Virus record (IMG/VR): IMGVR_UViG_3300042519_004024
Coordinates: 62,001-126,000 of that record
DNA length: 64,000 nt
Direction: 5' to 3' (one strand)
The notes under the pieces are model-generated. The model searched no databases and was not told the DNA's origin. It worked only from the letters and a program-made list of their open reading frames with translations. Each line of letters starts with the position of its first letter. Position 1 is the stretch's first letter. Below are positions 61,641 to 64,000 of the stretch, piece by piece. The translations under genes and the position numbers were made by a program.

Positions 61641-64000
61641 TTAGAATGTTGATCCGTTTAATCTTTTCCAACCTGTATTTGTTTTATAATAAAGATATGT
61701 ATTATCCCAAGTTATTGAACCTGGCTCACCTGCAGTGTCGGCACTACCTGTTGGTGTATATGATTCTGTTATTATGAAATTAGGTACATATACAGTATCA
61801 CTATTTGTTGCACTTATTGAGTTTCCTCCTAATATAACACTTCTAGATGCACTAACATTATTATTTATACCTCCAATTATTGCTGATTGGAAAGACGTGA
61901 TGGTATTTCCTGAACCGACAAAAATACCTGAATGGTAAACAGGGTCCGATGGGGTAGCCCCTGAAATTACGCTATAAGCACTTCCAATAATTGTTGATCC
62001 TGATGTATCTCCAGAATCTACAGTATTTAATCTACCACCTATAACTACACTCCAATCTCCATCAGCATAATTTAATTCTCCGTGTGAAAATGCTAATTCA
62101 TTTGATCTTGAACCAACACCACCAGCATGTGAACTACTTCCGTAAGCATTTGTACCTTTATTTTGTGCGTGAGAATATTGCCCTGACGCTATTGAGGAGT
62201 CTCCTTCAGCATGTGCAAAAACATTTGTCGCTTGTGAAGAACCTTCAGCGTGTGAGAACATTCCTGACGCTAACGAACCACTACCCTCTGAGTGTGAAAA
62301 ATTACCTGAAGCGGTTGTTGATCCACCTTCAGCGTGGGCTCCAATACCTGTGGCGTTACTTCCTGAACCTTCACTATGTGAATAATCACCTGATGATGTT
62401 GTTAAATTACCTTCAGCGTGACTATAAATACCATAACTATATGATTGCCCTTCAGCAGATGAAAATTGACCAATAGAATATGAACCAGACCCTTTTGAGG
62501 TTGATCCTGTACCTATTGCGTAAGTCCTTATACCACTAGCATTACCATAATGTCCACCAAAAACTTGGTTCCCTCCCCAAAATGATGGTCCGTTAGTGTC
62601 AGACATAATAGCATTGTCTCCTAAAGTATCAACTGACGTGTCATATAAATAAACAATAGTATTTGTACCATCAAATGTTACCGCACTAACACTAAATACG
62701 GATGATGGATATAATGAAGAATATGAAGTATCATCAAAAAATACAAATGAAGATATTCCTGTTGAAAAATTTGAGGATACGTCTCCGTAGGTTGACTCTA
62801 TAGCACAAATACCTGCGGTACACCCCGTTAATAAATAACCGTTATTTGATCCTGTTTCAGTCAGTTCACCATTCGCATGTGAATAATCACCATAAGTTTT
62901 ACTGTTATTACCTAACGAAAAAGATAATGTTCCATAAGCGTTAGAACCATTAGTTTGTGTTTCATCCCAAATTGATATTGGTGAACATCCGTGAACGTTT
63001 CTTACATAAAAGTCTACAAAACAATTTCCTGAAGAAGAACCAGGTAAGTTATAATATGTTGTGGCACTTATTGTGTTTGCCGATAACCCGTTTGTAAAAT
63101 TAGTCGGTCCGTTAACTGTTCCTCCCGTAAATACACTACCACCCCCTGATGGTGCTTGCCAAGTTGCGTTTCCATCATTGTCAGATGTTAAAACCCACCC
63201 ATTCAATTCGTTTCCATCCACATATTTAAAAGTCCCTGTTGTTCCCGTTCCACCAACCTGTAAATTAGCTGTTGGGATTTCTGTTCCGTCAGGATTTAAC
63301 CTCAAACCTAAACTACCATCGGATGGTAGTGGACCACCTTTAAGATACATTACTGAATTACCATTTTGTTCAAACCATAAATTACCAGTATTTCCTGTTT
63401 GTGAGATGTTTATTACCATCCCGTCACTATTATTACCAAGAGATAGTATTCCTTTATTTTTATAAAAATTACTTCCCGTTACAGATACCCCGCTTGGTCT
63501 AACATAATTGTCTCCACCATATTCTAATTTTATATGTTTGTTAGATGCTAACGTTGAGGAAGCCATAATAACTGTATTACCACTTGTATTATTATTTGCC
63601 GATTGTATTGTGTTTGTGTCAGGATTATCAAAATTTACAATAAACCCTTTTCTATTTATTGCGTTATATCCAGCAACTATGGTATATGGATTAATTGAAT
63701 TGTCAGATTGTACATTAACACTTCCAAGATTCATAATGTTACCACCACTTGATATATCTATCGTTACTCCACTTGTGGATCCAAAATAAACATTACCTTC
63801 ATCAAGAGGGTTTATTCGTAAAGGTGAACACGAATGTATGTTAGAGACATATAAGTCACTAATACAATAACCTGTTATTGCATCAAACACTTGTTGTATT
63901 GATGCTTTATATGATGAACCCGCAGGGTCTTGTGATGTATCTCCTGTTATTACGATGTGAAGTAAATCGTTTACGGTTACTCCACTCGCTAAGGTTCTTG
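61641..64000 (-). CDS. Tail-fibre protein with YadA-head-like repeats; N-terminus beyond window
   Basis: Frame open from 63890 to the edge; many SHAEG-x8 repeats, IGG-x2-N repeats, terminal YLYYKTNTGWKR. Confidence 0.8.
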   Translation of the reverse strand, partial: RTLASGVTVNDLLHIVITGDTSQDPAGSSYKASIQQVFDAITGYCISDLYVSNIHSCSPLRINPLDEGNVYFGSTSGVTIDISSGGNIMNLGSVNVQSDNSINPYTIVAGYNAINRKGFIVNFDNPDTNTIQSANNNTSGNTVIMASSTLASNKHIKLEYGGDNYVRPSGVSVTGSNFYKNKGILSLGNNSDGMVINISQTGNTGNLWFEQNGNSVMYLKGGPLPSDGSLGLRLNPDGTEIPTANLQVGGTGTTGTFKYVDGNELNGWVLTSDNDGNATWQAPSGGGSVFTGGTVNGPTNFTNGLSANTISATTYYNLPGSSSGNCFVDFYVRNVHGCSPISIWDETQTNGSNAYGTLSFSLGNNSKTYGDYSHANGELTETGSNNGYLLTGCTAGICAIESTYGDVSSNFSTGISSFVFFDDTSYSSLYPSSVFSVSAVTFDGTNTIVYLYDTSVDTLGDNAIMSDTNGPSFWGGNQVFGGHYGNASGIRTYAIGTGSTSKGSGSYSIGQFSSAEGQSYSYGIYSHAEGNLTTSSGDYSHSEGSGSNATGIGAHAEGGSTTASGNFSHSEGSGSLASGMFSHAEGSSQATNVFAHAEGDSSIASGQYSHAQNKGTNAYGSSSHAGGVGSRSNELAFSHGELNYADGDWSVVIGGRLNTVDSGDTSGSTIIGSAYSVISGATPSDPVYHSGIFVGSGNTITSFQSAIIGGINNNVSASRSVILGGNSISATNSDTVYVPNFIITESYTPTGSADTAGEPGSITWDNTYLYYKTNTGWKRLNGSTF

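Noticed and set aside
1-64000. CRISPR array
   Set aside because: No regular repeat-spacer series; repeats are coding leaders, tRNA T arms or microsatellites.
1-64000. Stop-codon reassignment as in Lak or some crAss-like phages
   Set aside because: Long genes translate intact in code 11, TAA and TGA terminate them, and no CTA/TCA suppressor tRNA was seen.

Overview
This 64-kb window is a fragment of a large, AT-rich (roughly 30% GC by eye) dsDNA phage genome of jumbo/huge-phage type. It most likely infects Bacteroidota. Support: recurrent TTTG-N18-20-TAnnTTTG promoters, a Bacteroidota-type RpoD sigma factor, SprB repeats and an Hc1-type histone-like protein. The standard genetic code fits, and most genes are on the minus strand. 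Left to right: (1) a lysis region where a complete two-component system (GAF-PAS-PAS histidine kinase plus CheY-like regulator plus coiled-coil membrane protein) is operonic with a GH19 endolysin and a small holin; (2) two tRNA arrays with 25 near-canonical tRNAs covering all 20 amino acids, six aberrant tRNA-like RNAs, and several structured RNAs sitting between tRNAs; each array lies downstream of a short ORF plus terminator resembling an attenuator, and an ArfA-like 50-aa ORF borders the second; (3) a ~940-nt GOLLD-like non-coding RNA candidate; (4) about 20 late genes sharing an N-terminal leader ending in [ILV]-x-E, probably capsid-targeted cargo; (5) three DNA methyltransferases, a putative restriction nuclease, DnaJ, SbcCD-like subunits, primase, PD-(D/E)XK exonuclease and RuvC-like resolvase; (6) the start of a tail/tail-fibre module. 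All family assignments are motif recognition by eye; no searches or folding programs were run.
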